Shown: piece by piece, positions 30,037-40,095 of the stretch
Layout of the letters: each line of letters begins with the position of its first letter
How positions within the stretch are numbered: the stretch's first letter is position 1
From: Sulfurovum sp.
GTDB lineage: Bacteria > Campylobacterota > Campylobacteria > Campylobacterales > Sulfurovaceae
Assembly: GCA_027065815.1 (NCBI GenBank)
Contig: JAMONL010000222.1
Location: 2,650 to 66,649, forward strand
DNA length: 64,000 bases
Direction of reading: 5' to 3'
The notes under the pieces: model-generated
What the model saw: only the letters and a program-made list of their open reading frames with translations
Database searches by the model: none
Told to the model about the DNA's origin: nothing
Translations under genes and position numbers: made by a program

Positions 30037-30849
30037 TTAGATACCGAAAGTCTCTTTTACTTTCTGTTCAAATGCTTTATCACTTAACTCTTTTCTTAGC
30101 GGTACAAAAGTCTCTGCTTCTACACCTACAGGCACAAAAATATCCGCATCATCATTCTCAATGATCATTTTAACGGCATCTGCTATAGGTTGTGGTTCGG
30201 GTCCCTCATTGATCGCTGCTGCAACGATAGGTACAAAATGCGCAACCAAATTTTTATAAGGAGAGTCTTCCGCAGTTGTTTTAGCATTTGCAACCAAACC
30301 CTCTTTGACAAAATTCGTACTAAAAAGTCCTGCCTGAACAGAGTGTACTCTGACATTATACGGTAACGTTTCAAAACGTAAAGAGTCTACAATGCCTTCA
30401 ACAGCATATTTACTTGCGTTGTAATGTGCCAAAAGTGGTAATCCCATTTTACCCAAAAACGAAGAAATATCAATGATAACTCCTGACTTTGCCTCTCTCA
30501 TATGAGGCAGAACTGCTCTTGTCACTTTGAGCAGTCCGAAGACATTGACATTAAATTGGTCAAACATCTCTTCGTCCGTACCATCTTCAACCGTTGAAAG
30601 TAGACCATATCCTGCATTATTGACCAATACATCGATCTTCCCTTCATTTTTAATGATGGTTTCAACTGCCTCCTGAATAGACTCAGAATCAGTGACATCC
30701 AGGTAGACAGGCTTTAGATTCTCTTTAGCTTCCAAGCTCTCTGCTTTTCTACTCCCTGCATAGACCATATACCCATTCTTTGCAAGAAATTCCGATGTTC
30801 GTTTTCCCATACCAGAACTTGCTCCTGTGATTAATACTACTTTTGACAT
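30037..30849 (-). CDS. SDR oxidoreductase (paralog 1)
   Basis: TGASSGMG, NNAG, YNASK. Confidence 0.95.
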   Translation of the reverse strand: MSKVVLITGASSGMGKRTSEFLAKNGYMVYAGSRKAESLEAKENLKPVYLDVTDSESIQEAVETIIKNEGKIDVLVNNAGYGLLSTVEDGTDEEMFDQFNVNVFGLLKVTRAVLPHMREAKSGVIIDISSFLGKMGLPLLAHYNASKYAVEGIVDSLRFETLPYNVRVHSVQAGLFSTNFVKEGLVANAKTTAEDSPYKNLVAHFVPIVAAAINEGPEPQPIADAVKMIIENDDADIFVPVGVEAETFVPLRKELSDKAFEQKVKETFGI

Positions 30850-30913
30850 TCTATATCCTTTTTATAATTTTGATAAGTTCAGTATAGAATAAGAGAAACG
30901 AAGAATCAAGATA

Positions 30914-30951
30914 CTTTTAGCACAAAAAGAATTTTCTTTTAGCACAAAAAG
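30914..30951. promoter_or_regulatory. 16-bp direct repeat, probable AraC-type operator
   Basis: CTTTTAGCACAAAAAG at 30914 and 30936 (22-bp period), upstream of the SDR promoter. Confidence 0.6.
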
Positions 30952-31000
30952 GTTTATTTTTTATAAAAACTGTTTAAATAGGAGTATTTCTATCCTATTA

Positions 31001-31014
31001 TTGATCTAGATCAA
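31001..31014. promoter_or_regulatory. Fnr/NssR-type box for the cytochrome c gene
   Basis: Perfect TTGATCTAGATCAA; TATATT at 31037. Confidence 0.8.
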
Positions 31015-31103
31015 TTTTTTATGCATTTTCTTGAGTTATATTTCTCATAAGTTTTTAAATGGGAGTATTTTTATCCTATTTAATCAAAATAGAAAGGTTT
31101 ATT

Positions 31104-31439
31104 ATGAAAAAAACATTAACACTTATACTTTTACTGGGGACATCACTTTTTGCAAATGTTGAAAAAGGGAAAGCTGTTTATGCAGCCAATTGTGCCATTT
31201 GTCATACGATCAATGGTGGAAACGGACTGGGACCGGATTTCAATATGGTCTCTTATACAAGAACCAAAGCAGAGATAGAACACTATGCCAAAGATCCGTA
31301 CAGTCTGGCAAAAGAATTTGGTTATTCTGCCAATGCTATGCCGACACTTCCTTTGGAAGATCAGGAATTTAAAGATGTCGCTGACTACATTAGCTCTTTG
31401 CAACCCTTCAAAAAATGGATGATCAAGAAAAAGAAATAA
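31104..31439 (+). CDS. Monoheme cytochrome c
   Basis: Signal peptide from ATG 31104, CAICH, AMP. Confidence 0.9.
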   Translation: MKKTLTLILLLGTSLFANVEKGKAVYAANCAICHTINGGNGLGPDFNMVSYTRTKAEIEHYAKDPYSLAKEFGYSANAMPTLPLEDQEFKDVADYISSLQPFKKWMIKKKK

Positions 31440-31445
31440 GCTTGG

Positions 31446-32360
31446 TTATCCTTTTATCAACTCTTTAGGGTACACACCATAACTGGCAAAAAAGAGTTTT
31501 GAAAAATGTCCCTGATGTCTGTAGCCTACTTTTTTGGCTATCTCCCCTATTGTAAGGTCTTCTTCTTTCAATAAAATGTTCGCCTCTTCCAAACGCAGTT
31601 TTTGTACATAGGTATGTATAGTGGTTTTGTAGACTCTTTTGAATACCATTTGAAGTTTGGAAGTATTGGTAGCACAGAGATGCGCCAGAACCTCCACTGT
31701 CGGAGGTTCAATAAAGTCGCTCAACAGTACAGACTTTGCTTTGGAAGCCAGCGCCAACTCTTCATCACTGACCTCATCAAAAATATCAAGCAGTGAAAAC
31801 CGATGTATCATAAACTCTATCACACGATGCTCGGCACGTATACTCTGCATTGTATCATTCTCTGTGATATGCAAGATCTTCTCTACCCTGTAGAGCGTTA
31901 ACGCATCTATGGGGAGCGTATTGATACACTCCAAAGAGAGATCATGCTGTATTTTGCCATAAAGAAAATCAATGGGTTCCTGTTTGTTTCCGCTCAGGTA
32001 GCGTTTTAGAAAAAAATCTGCAATAAAAAGGACAAAAATATTTGACTTTTCATACTCTGGAATATGAAAAGAGAGATCCTGATTTGAAGAGCAGAAAATA
32101 CTGATACTCCCCTCTTTGATATATTCTTGACGGTCTGAACGATGATCCTCTATGACCAATTCTCCCTTTTTAACCATCACGATCATTACCATTCTGTCCA
32201 GATTCTTAAGCCTCAGTGCTTCTCTTTTTACGTATGATCTGCTCTCGATAAAGACAATACCGTTGGAAATATCAACCCTTTGCAGATATGCCTGCTTATC
32301 TCTAAAAAGTTCTGTAACTTTGTAGCGTCGCTCTGTAATATTAAAAAAGAAACTTTCCAT
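31446..32360 (-). CDS. AraC-family regulator
   Basis: C-terminal double HTH, IAKKVGY.HQGHFSKLF...YGVYP. Confidence 0.93.
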   Translation of the reverse strand: MESFFFNITERRYKVTELFRDKQAYLQRVDISNGIVFIESRSYVKREALRLKNLDRMVMIVMVKKGELVIEDHRSDRQEYIKEGSISIFCSSNQDLSFHIPEYEKSNIFVLFIADFFLKRYLSGNKQEPIDFLYGKIQHDLSLECINTLPIDALTLYRVEKILHITENDTMQSIRAEHRVIEFMIHRFSLLDIFDEVSDEELALASKAKSVLLSDFIEPPTVEVLAHLCATNTSKLQMVFKRVYKTTIHTYVQKLRLEEANILLKEEDLTIGEIAKKVGYRHQGHFSKLFFASYGVYPKELIKG

Positions 32361-32373
32361 TTAACAGCACTTT

Positions 32374-33189
32374 TTAAAGATCATAATAGGCTCTTACCCT
32401 GCGTTCGAAATCTTCATCACTCAACTCTTTTTTCATTGGTATGAATTTTTTGGCTTTGTCTCCTGCCGTTTTACGTGCAGGAAAATTGACATTCTCTATG
32501 ATCTCCAGGATCATTTCCGAAACCTCTTCTGTACTGTTTCCTTCATTGATCTGCGCAACAATGGTCGGGGCAAGTGTTGAGACCATTTCAGCATAGGCTG
32601 AGTCCCCTTCAAAGGTTTTACTATTGGTCACTAAGTTATCACGTGCAAAATTCGTATCGAAAAAACCGGGCATAATAGAGTGTACACGTATATTGAAATC
32701 TTTTAATTCATAACGCAGCGAGTCGGTGATCCCCTCAACAGCATATTTACTTGCATTGTAAAAAGTAAACAGCGGCAGACCGATCTTTCCAAGAAAAGAG
32801 CTTATGTTAATGATGACCCCTGACTCCTGCTTTCGCATCTTCGGAATAACTGCTTTACACACACGCAAGATGCCAAAGACATTGACATTGAACTGATCGA
32901 ACATCTCTTTTTCTGTGACATCCTCAACCGTAGAGACCAAACCATACCCTGCATTGTTAATGAGTATATCTATCTCATCAATAAACCCTATACTCTCTTC
33001 AATATTTTGAGGATCAGTGATATCCAATTTGATCGGACGGATAAACTCTGTTTGTATATCAAAGAGTTTGTCCGGTGTTCGGGAACCGGCATAGACTACA
33101 AACCCCTGCTTTGCCAAAGCAATAACGGTTGATCTTCCCATACCGCTACTGGCTCCTGTGATAAGTACTGTTTTTTGACATTTTTTCAT
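32374..33189 (-). CDS. SDR oxidoreductase (paralog 2)
   Basis: TGASSGMG, NNAG, YNASK; closely similar to 30037..30849. Confidence 0.95.
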   Translation of the reverse strand: MKKCQKTVLITGASSGMGRSTVIALAKQGFVVYAGSRTPDKLFDIQTEFIRPIKLDITDPQNIEESIGFIDEIDILINNAGYGLVSTVEDVTEKEMFDQFNVNVFGILRVCKAVIPKMRKQESGVIINISSFLGKIGLPLFTFYNASKYAVEGITDSLRYELKDFNIRVHSIMPGFFDTNFARDNLVTNSKTFEGDSAYAEMVSTLAPTIVAQINEGNSTEEVSEMILEIIENVNFPARKTAGDKAKKFIPMKKELSDEDFERRVRAYYDL

Positions 33190-33224
33190 AACCTTTAGTA
33201 TAATAAAAAAGCTGACTTTATCTC

Positions 33225-33238
33225 TTGATACTTATCAA
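33225..33238. promoter_or_regulatory. Fnr/NssR-type box for SDR-AraC
   Basis: Perfect TTGATACTTATCAA; TATACT at 33197-33202 on minus strand. Confidence 0.8.
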
Positions 33239-33247
33239 ATAAAAAAA

Positions 33248-33754
33248 TTACATCTTTCTCAAAAATACTAACAAGCCCTCGATTATCTCCTTAGGCGTTG
33301 GAGGACATCCCGGAATATGGTGGGCAATAGAAAGATGCGCTTCTGCCGGTGCCTTTATAGCAAAAGTCTGTTCAAAAGGGGCTTCCATGGCAGGACAGGC
33401 ACCTAAAGTGATAACCCATTTGGGTGCTGGCATTTGTTTAAAGGCATCCAGTACATGCGGTACCATGTTGAAGGTCATCAAACCGCTGAGTAGCATGACA
33501 TCTGCATGTCTGGGGCTGGCAACGAAATAAATACCCAGTCTCTCCAGATCATAGTAAGGGTTGGAAAGTGCATTACACTCGGCTTCACAGGCATTGCAGC
33601 TGCCGCTGTCCACCATACGTATTGCCAGGCTACCGGCAAATTTTTTACTAACAAGACTTTTTATTTCTTTTTGAATGACTTTAAGTTCCCGGTCTATTTC
33701 AGGATTTTCAGTCAAGAGACCTGTTTTTATTCGTCTGTTCCAAAATCGTATCAT
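33248..33754 (-). CDS. Ehr small subunit (NuoB/HyfI-like)
   Basis: GSCNACE, SPRHAD, GAC, PGCPPTP. Confidence 0.92.
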   Translation of the reverse strand: MIRFWNRRIKTGLLTENPEIDRELKVIQKEIKSLVSKKFAGSLAIRMVDSGSCNACEAECNALSNPYYDLERLGIYFVASPRHADVMLLSGLMTFNMVPHVLDAFKQMPAPKWVITLGACPAMEAPFEQTFAIKAPAEAHLSIAHHIPGCPPTPKEIIEGLLVFLRKM

Positions 33755-35118
33755 AAATCATTTCCTGCATAACTGAGATCACAGCTTTTATTGATGAGCG
33801 GAAAATCGGCAATAATATTACCCGGCATCATTAAGTGGAGTGCCTGCCAGTTAACAAAGCTTGGATCACGGACAAAAAAACGTTCGATCACACCCTTATT
33901 GATCTCTATGCTCATAAAGAGTTCACCGATGGAACTTTCAACAAAGCTGAAATACTCTCCATCTTCTACTTCACCCAACTTCACAGCTTCACATGCTTCT
34001 ACCCTAAAGTTTCTCATCATCAGCAGTGTATTTTTTACTTCTTCAAGTCTTATTTTGAAGCGTGCCGCCACGTCAGCACTTTTTTGCGTCTGCATTACAA
34101 ACCCATGCTCATGGTAAAACGGTTCATCTCTTCTGTCAAGTCTAAGACCGGAAGCACGTGCAACAATGCCTACCGTATCGTATTTGAGCGCTTTTTCCGT
34201 TTTGAGAATACCGGTAGTATCGAAGCGGTCCCAGAGTGAGGGTATATCGATGATCCATGATTCAAAGAAAGTGATGGCTTCCTGCAGAGTATCAAGATAA
34301 ACTGTCATAGCTTCAGTGTCAAGTGTATGTGCTTCAAAATCTATGGCAGCAAAACCGAAACGGTGTCCTGTCACTCTTTTAAGTTCCCGTCTTGCTTCTT
34401 CCGAGAGTTTGGAGGCAAAGGCAAGTGCCACAGAGAAACCGGCATCATTGGGAATGAAACCAAGATCGGTCAGATGATGGATCGTACGTTCAAGCTCCAG
34501 CAGCAAGGCATGGTATTTATGGTTTACGTCAGGAAGTTGACTTTTTGTTGCCTGTAAAACAACATCTCTCCATGCGATCTGATACGCGATACTCTCATTG
34601 CCGCTGATACGCTCGATGACCGGTTTGGCGTCTATGAGTGTTTTACCCTCCAACATCTTTTCAATGGCACGATATTTGTAAAAATGTCTGACCTCCTGAT
34701 GCAGCATCTCTTCCCCTGCCTGTGAAAAATGGAAATGACCGGGTTCAATGATCCCTGCATGGATCGGACCGACAGAGACTTCAAACACACCGTCACCACC
34801 TATTGCTTCATATTTATACGCTTTGTAATCATCAAAAGCCAGACTTTTCTTTTGAAAACTTTTTTGCATTGGGTGGATACTTTTTGGAAAGCGTTCCTGA
34901 TGCACAAGCGGCCGGTTATCAAAAGCATCTTCAATGAGTATGCCAAAATCATCATGCATCTTACGCTCGAACCAAATGGCAGTGGGATGTGTTTTGGTCA
35001 ATGTTTTGATACGCGGATCATTTTTTGGAACCTGTTCTTTTTCTACTGCTTCATCCCACACAGTCACCACTTCAAATATATTTTCAAGTTCTTTGGCATA
35101 ACGGGCGATCAGTCTCAT
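33751..35118 (-). CDS. Ehr large subunit (NuoCD/HyfG-like) without Ni-binding cysteines
   Basis: VGPIHAGIIEPGHF; ERISGNE replaces RxCGxC; ends DFPLINKSCDLSYAGNDL. Confidence 0.92.
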   Translation of the reverse strand: MRLIARYAKELENIFEVVTVWDEAVEKEQVPKNDPRIKTLTKTHPTAIWFERKMHDDFGILIEDAFDNRPLVHQERFPKSIHPMQKSFQKKSLAFDDYKAYKYEAIGGDGVFEVSVGPIHAGIIEPGHFHFSQAGEEMLHQEVRHFYKYRAIEKMLEGKTLIDAKPVIERISGNESIAYQIAWRDVVLQATKSQLPDVNHKYHALLLELERTIHHLTDLGFIPNDAGFSVALAFASKLSEEARRELKRVTGHRFGFAAIDFEAHTLDTEAMTVYLDTLQEAITFFESWIIDIPSLWDRFDTTGILKTEKALKYDTVGIVARASGLRLDRRDEPFYHEHGFVMQTQKSADVAARFKIRLEEVKNTLLMMRNFRVEACEAVKLGEVEDGEYFSFVESSIGELFMSIEINKGVIERFFVRDPSFVNWQALHLMMPGNIIADFPLINKSCDLSYAGNDL

Positions 35119-36530
35119 GCGATACTCCTCAAGTAGTCAAGTGATGCCGGAAGCATTAGTGCAGCAAGACAAAGTGCAAAGATGACCAGAGCAAACAGTT
35201 CACTGGCATACACTTTTTTCTCTTCCTCTTTGCCTTCATATTTCATAGACTGGTAGATCGCCACAAAACGGTAGAAAATGACAGAGAGCAGTATGAGCAG
35301 AAGCAGTATGGCAGCGATCATTGCCAGCATATGGTCACTGTGTTTGGCAGTTTCCATCATGGCACCAAATCCATAAAGTTCACTGAAGAACATCGGGCTT
35401 GGAGGCAGAGAGATGATCGCCAGTAAAAAGAGGGAAACAAGAAACCAAAAGAGTGTTCCTTTTTTACCCCTGTACCCTCGTAAAGCACCTGCAATACGGT
35501 ATTTTCCATTGGACTCCAGTACACCTGTAGAGAGAAAGAGTGCCGGTTTCAAAAAAGCATGTGCACCAAAATGCAGCAGTGCGGCAAAGGTACCGCCACT
35601 TACCCAGAACAGCACAATAAGTGCCATATGTTCAATCCCCGAAAGAGAAAAGAGTCGCATAAAGTCTTTTGCCCTGAAGATCAGGAAAGAGACAATAAAA
35701 ATGGTCAAAAGGGTATAGACAAACACAAAGCCATAGAGATGTGCATAATTGATCTCCATGGCAATTTGACTGAAACGAAAAAAGCCGATAAGCACTGCCG
35801 ATTCCAGAATACCGCTGAAAAGTGCAGCAACAGGATAAAAAGAGGCACGTTCAATATTTGCCAACCAGAGGTTCATGGGGAAGAAGCCCATTTTTACGAA
35901 CATACCTACTGTAGCAATAGCAAACCCCATTTCAAAAAGGAACGGAGACGGAATCTCTTTGGCGTGGGAAAGTAGCAGGTCAAACTGCATCGCCTCCTCC
36001 CCAAGGATCGGCTTGGCACTCGCATACATTAGAATGATCCCGAACAAGACCAGTGAAATGGCAATGGCACCCACGATCATATAGTTCCATGCCTCTTTAT
36101 GGGCTGCACGGGTATGGTTAGTTTTGATCATATAGACGGTTGAAAGTGTGGCAAGCTCCAGTCCGATCCAGTAGATACCCATGTGATTTGAAAGAATTGA
36201 AATACTCAGACCTACCCAGAAAATGGCAAAAAACCGGTAAAACCGGCGGTAGGCATTGGCGGAGACCTTCACATGCTTGTCCAGTGTCAAGAGTGCCAAT
36301 GTCACCCCTATACCGACAATAGACGATACCAGTAAAATATAGGTATCAAGTTTATCTGCAACCAGATATGACCCCGCAATAGCATAAGGCTTTGGTAGCA
36401 CAAACAGTTCAATGATCGGCAAAAGTATGGCAAAGGAACTGACCGGTAAAAGAAACTTCGCTTTTTTATTCTTGAAAAAACTGACAATAAACATAATAAG
36501 TGCAGGAAGCACAAGCAGTGTAAGCATCAT
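35115..36530 (-). CDS. Antiporter-like subunit (HyfF-like)
   Basis: WIGLELATLST, EAWNY, KMGFFP. Confidence 0.9.
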   Translation of the reverse strand: MMLTLLVLPALIMFIVSFFKNKKAKFLLPVSSFAILLPIIELFVLPKPYAIAGSYLVADKLDTYILLVSSIVGIGVTLALLTLDKHVKVSANAYRRFYRFFAIFWVGLSISILSNHMGIYWIGLELATLSTVYMIKTNHTRAAHKEAWNYMIVGAIAISLVLFGIILMYASAKPILGEEAMQFDLLLSHAKEIPSPFLFEMGFAIATVGMFVKMGFFPMNLWLANIERASFYPVAALFSGILESAVLIGFFRFSQIAMEINYAHLYGFVFVYTLLTIFIVSFLIFRAKDFMRLFSLSGIEHMALIVLFWVSGGTFAALLHFGAHAFLKPALFLSTGVLESNGKYRIAGALRGYRGKKGTLFWFLVSLFLLAIISLPPSPMFFSELYGFGAMMETAKHSDHMLAMIAAILLLLILLSVIFYRFVAIYQSMKYEGKEEEKKVYASELFALVIFALCLAALMLPASLDYLRSIA

Positions 36531-37120
36531 AGGTTTGCCTCCTCATTATGGAAAAGCAGGTTAATGACCACGATCGCCATCAGCAGATCAAAGAAAATAC
36601 CCAGTTCCACCAGCATCGGCATACCGTCTGTAGCGGTAATACCCAAGAGGAACAGTGCATTTTCCATACTTAGAAATCCAATGATCTTCGGTGCCACATT
36701 GCGATGTTCCATCATGAGAAGCAGCGACAGAAAAAGTGAAGAGATACTGATAGCAATATAGTTGGCATTGCCATGTATCATATGTGTGATCGGTTCGGCA
36801 AGGTAAAAGGTAAAAACCAGGATCGCCGGAATCAATATAATGGCATACTGCACTTTGATCTCAGGCTGTATCTGGCGTACAAAATGGAATTTGGAACTCA
36901 AGTTCTTAAGCAGATAGGGAATACCGATCGCTTTGATGAGAATAGTGGCAATACCGGTGATTAGCATAGCCTTGTCATCCAGTGTTCTGCCTATAACAAG
37001 CGCCAGCAGACCCAGGATCAGTGAATTCATCGAATACCAGAGTATCAGACGGTAGAGTCTTGAGGTGAACAGTGCAACGATCAGTGTTGCCAAAAAAAGT
37101 CCAATAAGGAAATCAACCAT
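36527..37120 (-). CDS. HyfE-like membrane subunit
   Basis: GFLSMEN, MPMLVELGIFFD. Confidence 0.9.
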   Translation of the reverse strand: MVDFLIGLFLATLIVALFTSRLYRLILWYSMNSLILGLLALVIGRTLDDKAMLITGIATILIKAIGIPYLLKNLSSKFHFVRQIQPEIKVQYAIILIPAILVFTFYLAEPITHMIHGNANYIAISISSLFLSLLLMMEHRNVAPKIIGFLSMENALFLLGITATDGMPMLVELGIFFDLLMAIVVINLLFHNEEANL

Positions 37121-37125
37121 ATCTG

Positions 37126-38046
37126 CTACGCTCCCAGTACATAAAATGTGATCAATGACAAAAAAGCAAAGACAATGGCAATACCCAATAGATTGGGTAC
37201 TTTAAAAAGTCTCAGCTTGGCAGTATTGACCTCGATCAGTGCCACTGCAGCAGCAATAGCAAAGAGTTTAACAATAAAAAGTCCAAAAGCCACCGGTGCT
37301 GCATACTGCAGACCAAAAGGCATAAAGAGTGAGGCGAACAGAGAAGCAAAGATAACAAACTTGACAGAGGCTGCCGATTCTATGATCGCCAGATAAACTC
37401 CCGTAAGATCAAGGATCATCGCTTCATGCACCATCGTCAGTTCCAAATGTGTCTCAGGATTATCCACAGGGATACGCCCATTTTCTGCGATCAGCAAAAT
37501 GAAAAAAGAGATAGCGGCAAAGAGAAAACTTGCCATATGTTCTTTAGGGAAATGGGCAGCCAGATTGACGCCTGCCTGTCCCACACCAAGATCACCTGCC
37601 ATCATGGAGACAGAAAAAACCGTTAACACCATGGCAGGCTCCACCAGTGCAGCGATAAAGGCTTCACGCGAACTCCCCATACCTCCGAAAGCAGAAGCAC
37701 TGTCAAGCCCCAGCAGCATTAAAAAGAATGTGGAAAGTGCAATAAGCCCCGTAATCGTAAAGGCATCCACAAAACTGACATAATAGGCACCCTGCACCAC
37801 CGGCGGCAAAAAGAAAAGCGTCACGAGCAGAGGAGAGAGTACCAGGAACGGTGCAACCCTGGTAATGGCACTTGTTTCTGAAGAAATCACTGTCTCTTTT
37901 TGCATCAGTTTGGCAAAATTCCGATAGCCCTGAAAAAGAGAAATGGGTTTTTTGTACAAGAGCAGCATTTTGAGTGCTTTAATAAAATCCAGTAAGATCG
38001 GAGCAAGCAGCAGCAGTATCACAATGGTCAAAAGATACATGATCAT
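37126..38046 (-). CDS. NuoH/HyfC-like subunit
   Basis: GSSRE, ENGRIPVDNPETHLELTMVHEAM. Confidence 0.92.
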   Translation of the reverse strand: MIMYLLTIVILLLLAPILLDFIKALKMLLLYKKPISLFQGYRNFAKLMQKETVISSETSAITRVAPFLVLSPLLVTLFFLPPVVQGAYYVSFVDAFTITGLIALSTFFLMLLGLDSASAFGGMGSSREAFIAALVEPAMVLTVFSVSMMAGDLGVGQAGVNLAAHFPKEHMASFLFAAISFFILLIAENGRIPVDNPETHLELTMVHEAMILDLTGVYLAIIESAASVKFVIFASLFASLFMPFGLQYAAPVAFGLFIVKLFAIAAAVALIEVNTAKLRLFKVPNLLGIAIVFAFLSLITFYVLGA

Positions 38047-39938
38047 TTCCTATCTCCTATGATCAATACTTTGATCGAAATGATCATGACAACCCCTTCA
38101 AGTACCAATGTCGCCCAGGAAAAATCGTGTGCAAAGATACGATAACTGAAAAGTACGGTCAGCATTAGATTAAAGATCATCGCTGCATAACGGGTCTGTT
38201 CAAAATGGGAGAGACGATAGACCCAGTAACTGATACGGTTGGCTGCTTTCCCTACAGATGTATAAAGTGTAGTTTCAAAGAGCGGTTTGACATGTACTTC
38301 ATAATGGGAATCACTGAATTTACTCTGATGTCCTGCAATATTCTCCTTGGAAAAATGTTCATCCGGCTTGTAGAGCCAGCTGAAGAACCTTCGTATCGGT
38401 CCGGCAAATCCTGTTGCAGAATATTGCGTACGGGCAGAAGTCCGATAACCGCAAGCCCAGGTATGATGGATACGTTCTTTGACTTTTAAGGTTTTGTAGG
38501 CGAACATCAACAGTACAGTGATCCCTAGGAGTGCCAAAAGAAGGATGAGTGGAGAGACGACCCCTCCATTGGAGCTTACCGAATGCATATGCCAAATGCC
38601 GTCAGGAAAGATCTTGTCATACACAGAGAGATGTCCCAGTCCGGAAAGGACTTTATCGAACCAGCTTATATAAAAGGGGGTCAAGAGCATCAGGGAAAGT
38701 ACCACCATGGCCATCAGTATCATCCCGGCACGCATGAGAAAATTCACTTCATGGGCATGTTTGGCATTGCTACTTCTATGTAAGCCAAGAAAAGTAATAC
38801 CATAGGCTTTGACAAAACAGGCGATCGCCAATCCTCCTGTCATTGCCAGTGCAAAAATGGCAAAAGGAATCGCCAACTTTAAAGAGGTGTTATCAAGATG
38901 GCTAGAACCAAGCATGGACTGGAAGATCATCCATTCACTTAAAAAGCCATTGCTCGGAGGTAAGGCAGAGATAGAGATAGATGCCAACAGAAACGTTAGC
39001 GCAGTCACAGGCATGGCCTTGATAAGTCCACCATATTTCTCAATATTTTTAGTCTGTGTCTGATGCAACACTGCTCCTGCACCCATAAAAAGCAGTGATT
39101 TAAAACTCATATGGTTAAAGGTATGAAACAGTGCTGCAATGAAAGCGAAAGAGCTTAACACTTTTAAACCCATACTGTCAAAGATCATCCCCATTCCAAA
39201 CCCGATCAGGATAATACCGATATTTTCAATAGAGTGATTTGCCAGCAGTGCTTTGATATCATGCTCGCTCAGGGCATAAAGCACCCCGATTAGAGAAGAG
39301 AGTGACCCGATAACAAGAATGAACACACCCCACTCCATAGGCCAGGGGTAAAGTACATCAAAAAGAAAACGGAACAGTCCGTAAATAGCAACTTTGAGCA
39401 TCACCCCACTCATCAGGGCAGAGACTGGAGAAGGAGCTTCCGGATGGGCATAAGGCAGCCAGACATGCAGAGGTACAGCACCCGCTTTACTTAAAAAACC
39501 CAGTATCATAAAGAAAAAAAGCAGAGTTGGGTAGGCAAATTCGGAAACAATGCCATGCATAGCAGAAAATCCCAGTTCCAGATCACCGTCTGTTGCAATG
39601 AGAAAAAAGAGCAGCAGAAAAACAAATCCGAAATGGGTCATAAAAAAGTAAAAGCTGGCAGCTTCAAGCGTTTTTTTCTCTTTGCCTTCTGTCAGGATCA
39701 ACTGCCAGCTGGTAAGGCTCATCAACTCCCAAAAGAGCAAAAATACCAAAGCATTGGCAGAGACCACGACACCAAGCATTGAAAGGATGAATGTAAAGTA
39801 GTGTAGTTGATAGTGTGCTTTTCTCTCGATATGGGAAAGGTAACCTGACGAATAAAAAATATTAGGTATGGCACCCAGGACAATGAGTGCTACAAATACC
39901 AAAGAGAGGGTGTCAAAAATAAACATAACGATCATCAC
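38043..39938 (-). CDS. Antiporter-like subunit (HyfB-like)
   Basis: WELMS, KAGAVPLHVWLPYAHP, HSIENIG, WACGY. Confidence 0.92.
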   Translation of the reverse strand: MMIVMFIFDTLSLVFVALIVLGAIPNIFYSSGYLSHIERKAHYQLHYFTFILSMLGVVVSANALVFLLFWELMSLTSWQLILTEGKEKKTLEAASFYFFMTHFGFVFLLLFFLIATDGDLELGFSAMHGIVSEFAYPTLLFFFMILGFLSKAGAVPLHVWLPYAHPEAPSPVSALMSGVMLKVAIYGLFRFLFDVLYPWPMEWGVFILVIGSLSSLIGVLYALSEHDIKALLANHSIENIGIILIGFGMGMIFDSMGLKVLSSFAFIAALFHTFNHMSFKSLLFMGAGAVLHQTQTKNIEKYGGLIKAMPVTALTFLLASISISALPPSNGFLSEWMIFQSMLGSSHLDNTSLKLAIPFAIFALAMTGGLAIACFVKAYGITFLGLHRSSNAKHAHEVNFLMRAGMILMAMVVLSLMLLTPFYISWFDKVLSGLGHLSVYDKIFPDGIWHMHSVSSNGGVVSPLILLLALLGITVLLMFAYKTLKVKERIHHTWACGYRTSARTQYSATGFAGPIRRFFSWLYKPDEHFSKENIAGHQSKFSDSHYEVHVKPLFETTLYTSVGKAANRISYWVYRLSHFEQTRYAAMIFNLMLTVLFSYRIFAHDFSWATLVLEGVVMIISIKVLIIGDRK

Positions 39939-40095
39939 TCCAAAACTGTGTAATCATATACGGGTTCGGTGGTGTTGCCATCGGACAGGAGGGCTGTATG
40001 AGTCCTAAAATATTTACAGAATTATACTCCGAAAGTACTTAAGATAACTTCTGTTTAAGATTTTTCATTATAATAAGCTTTTTAGGAATTTTGAC

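Noticed and set aside
33751-35118. Functional [NiFe] hydrogenase-4 / formate hydrogenlyase
   Set aside because: Both Ni-binding CxxC motifs are absent and there are no maturation genes nearby
39945-39990. Fluoride riboswitch before hyfB-like gene
   Set aside because: GAUGG, AAC and AUGA pieces occur, but P1 and pseudoknot complementarity are missing; kept only as a generic leader candidate
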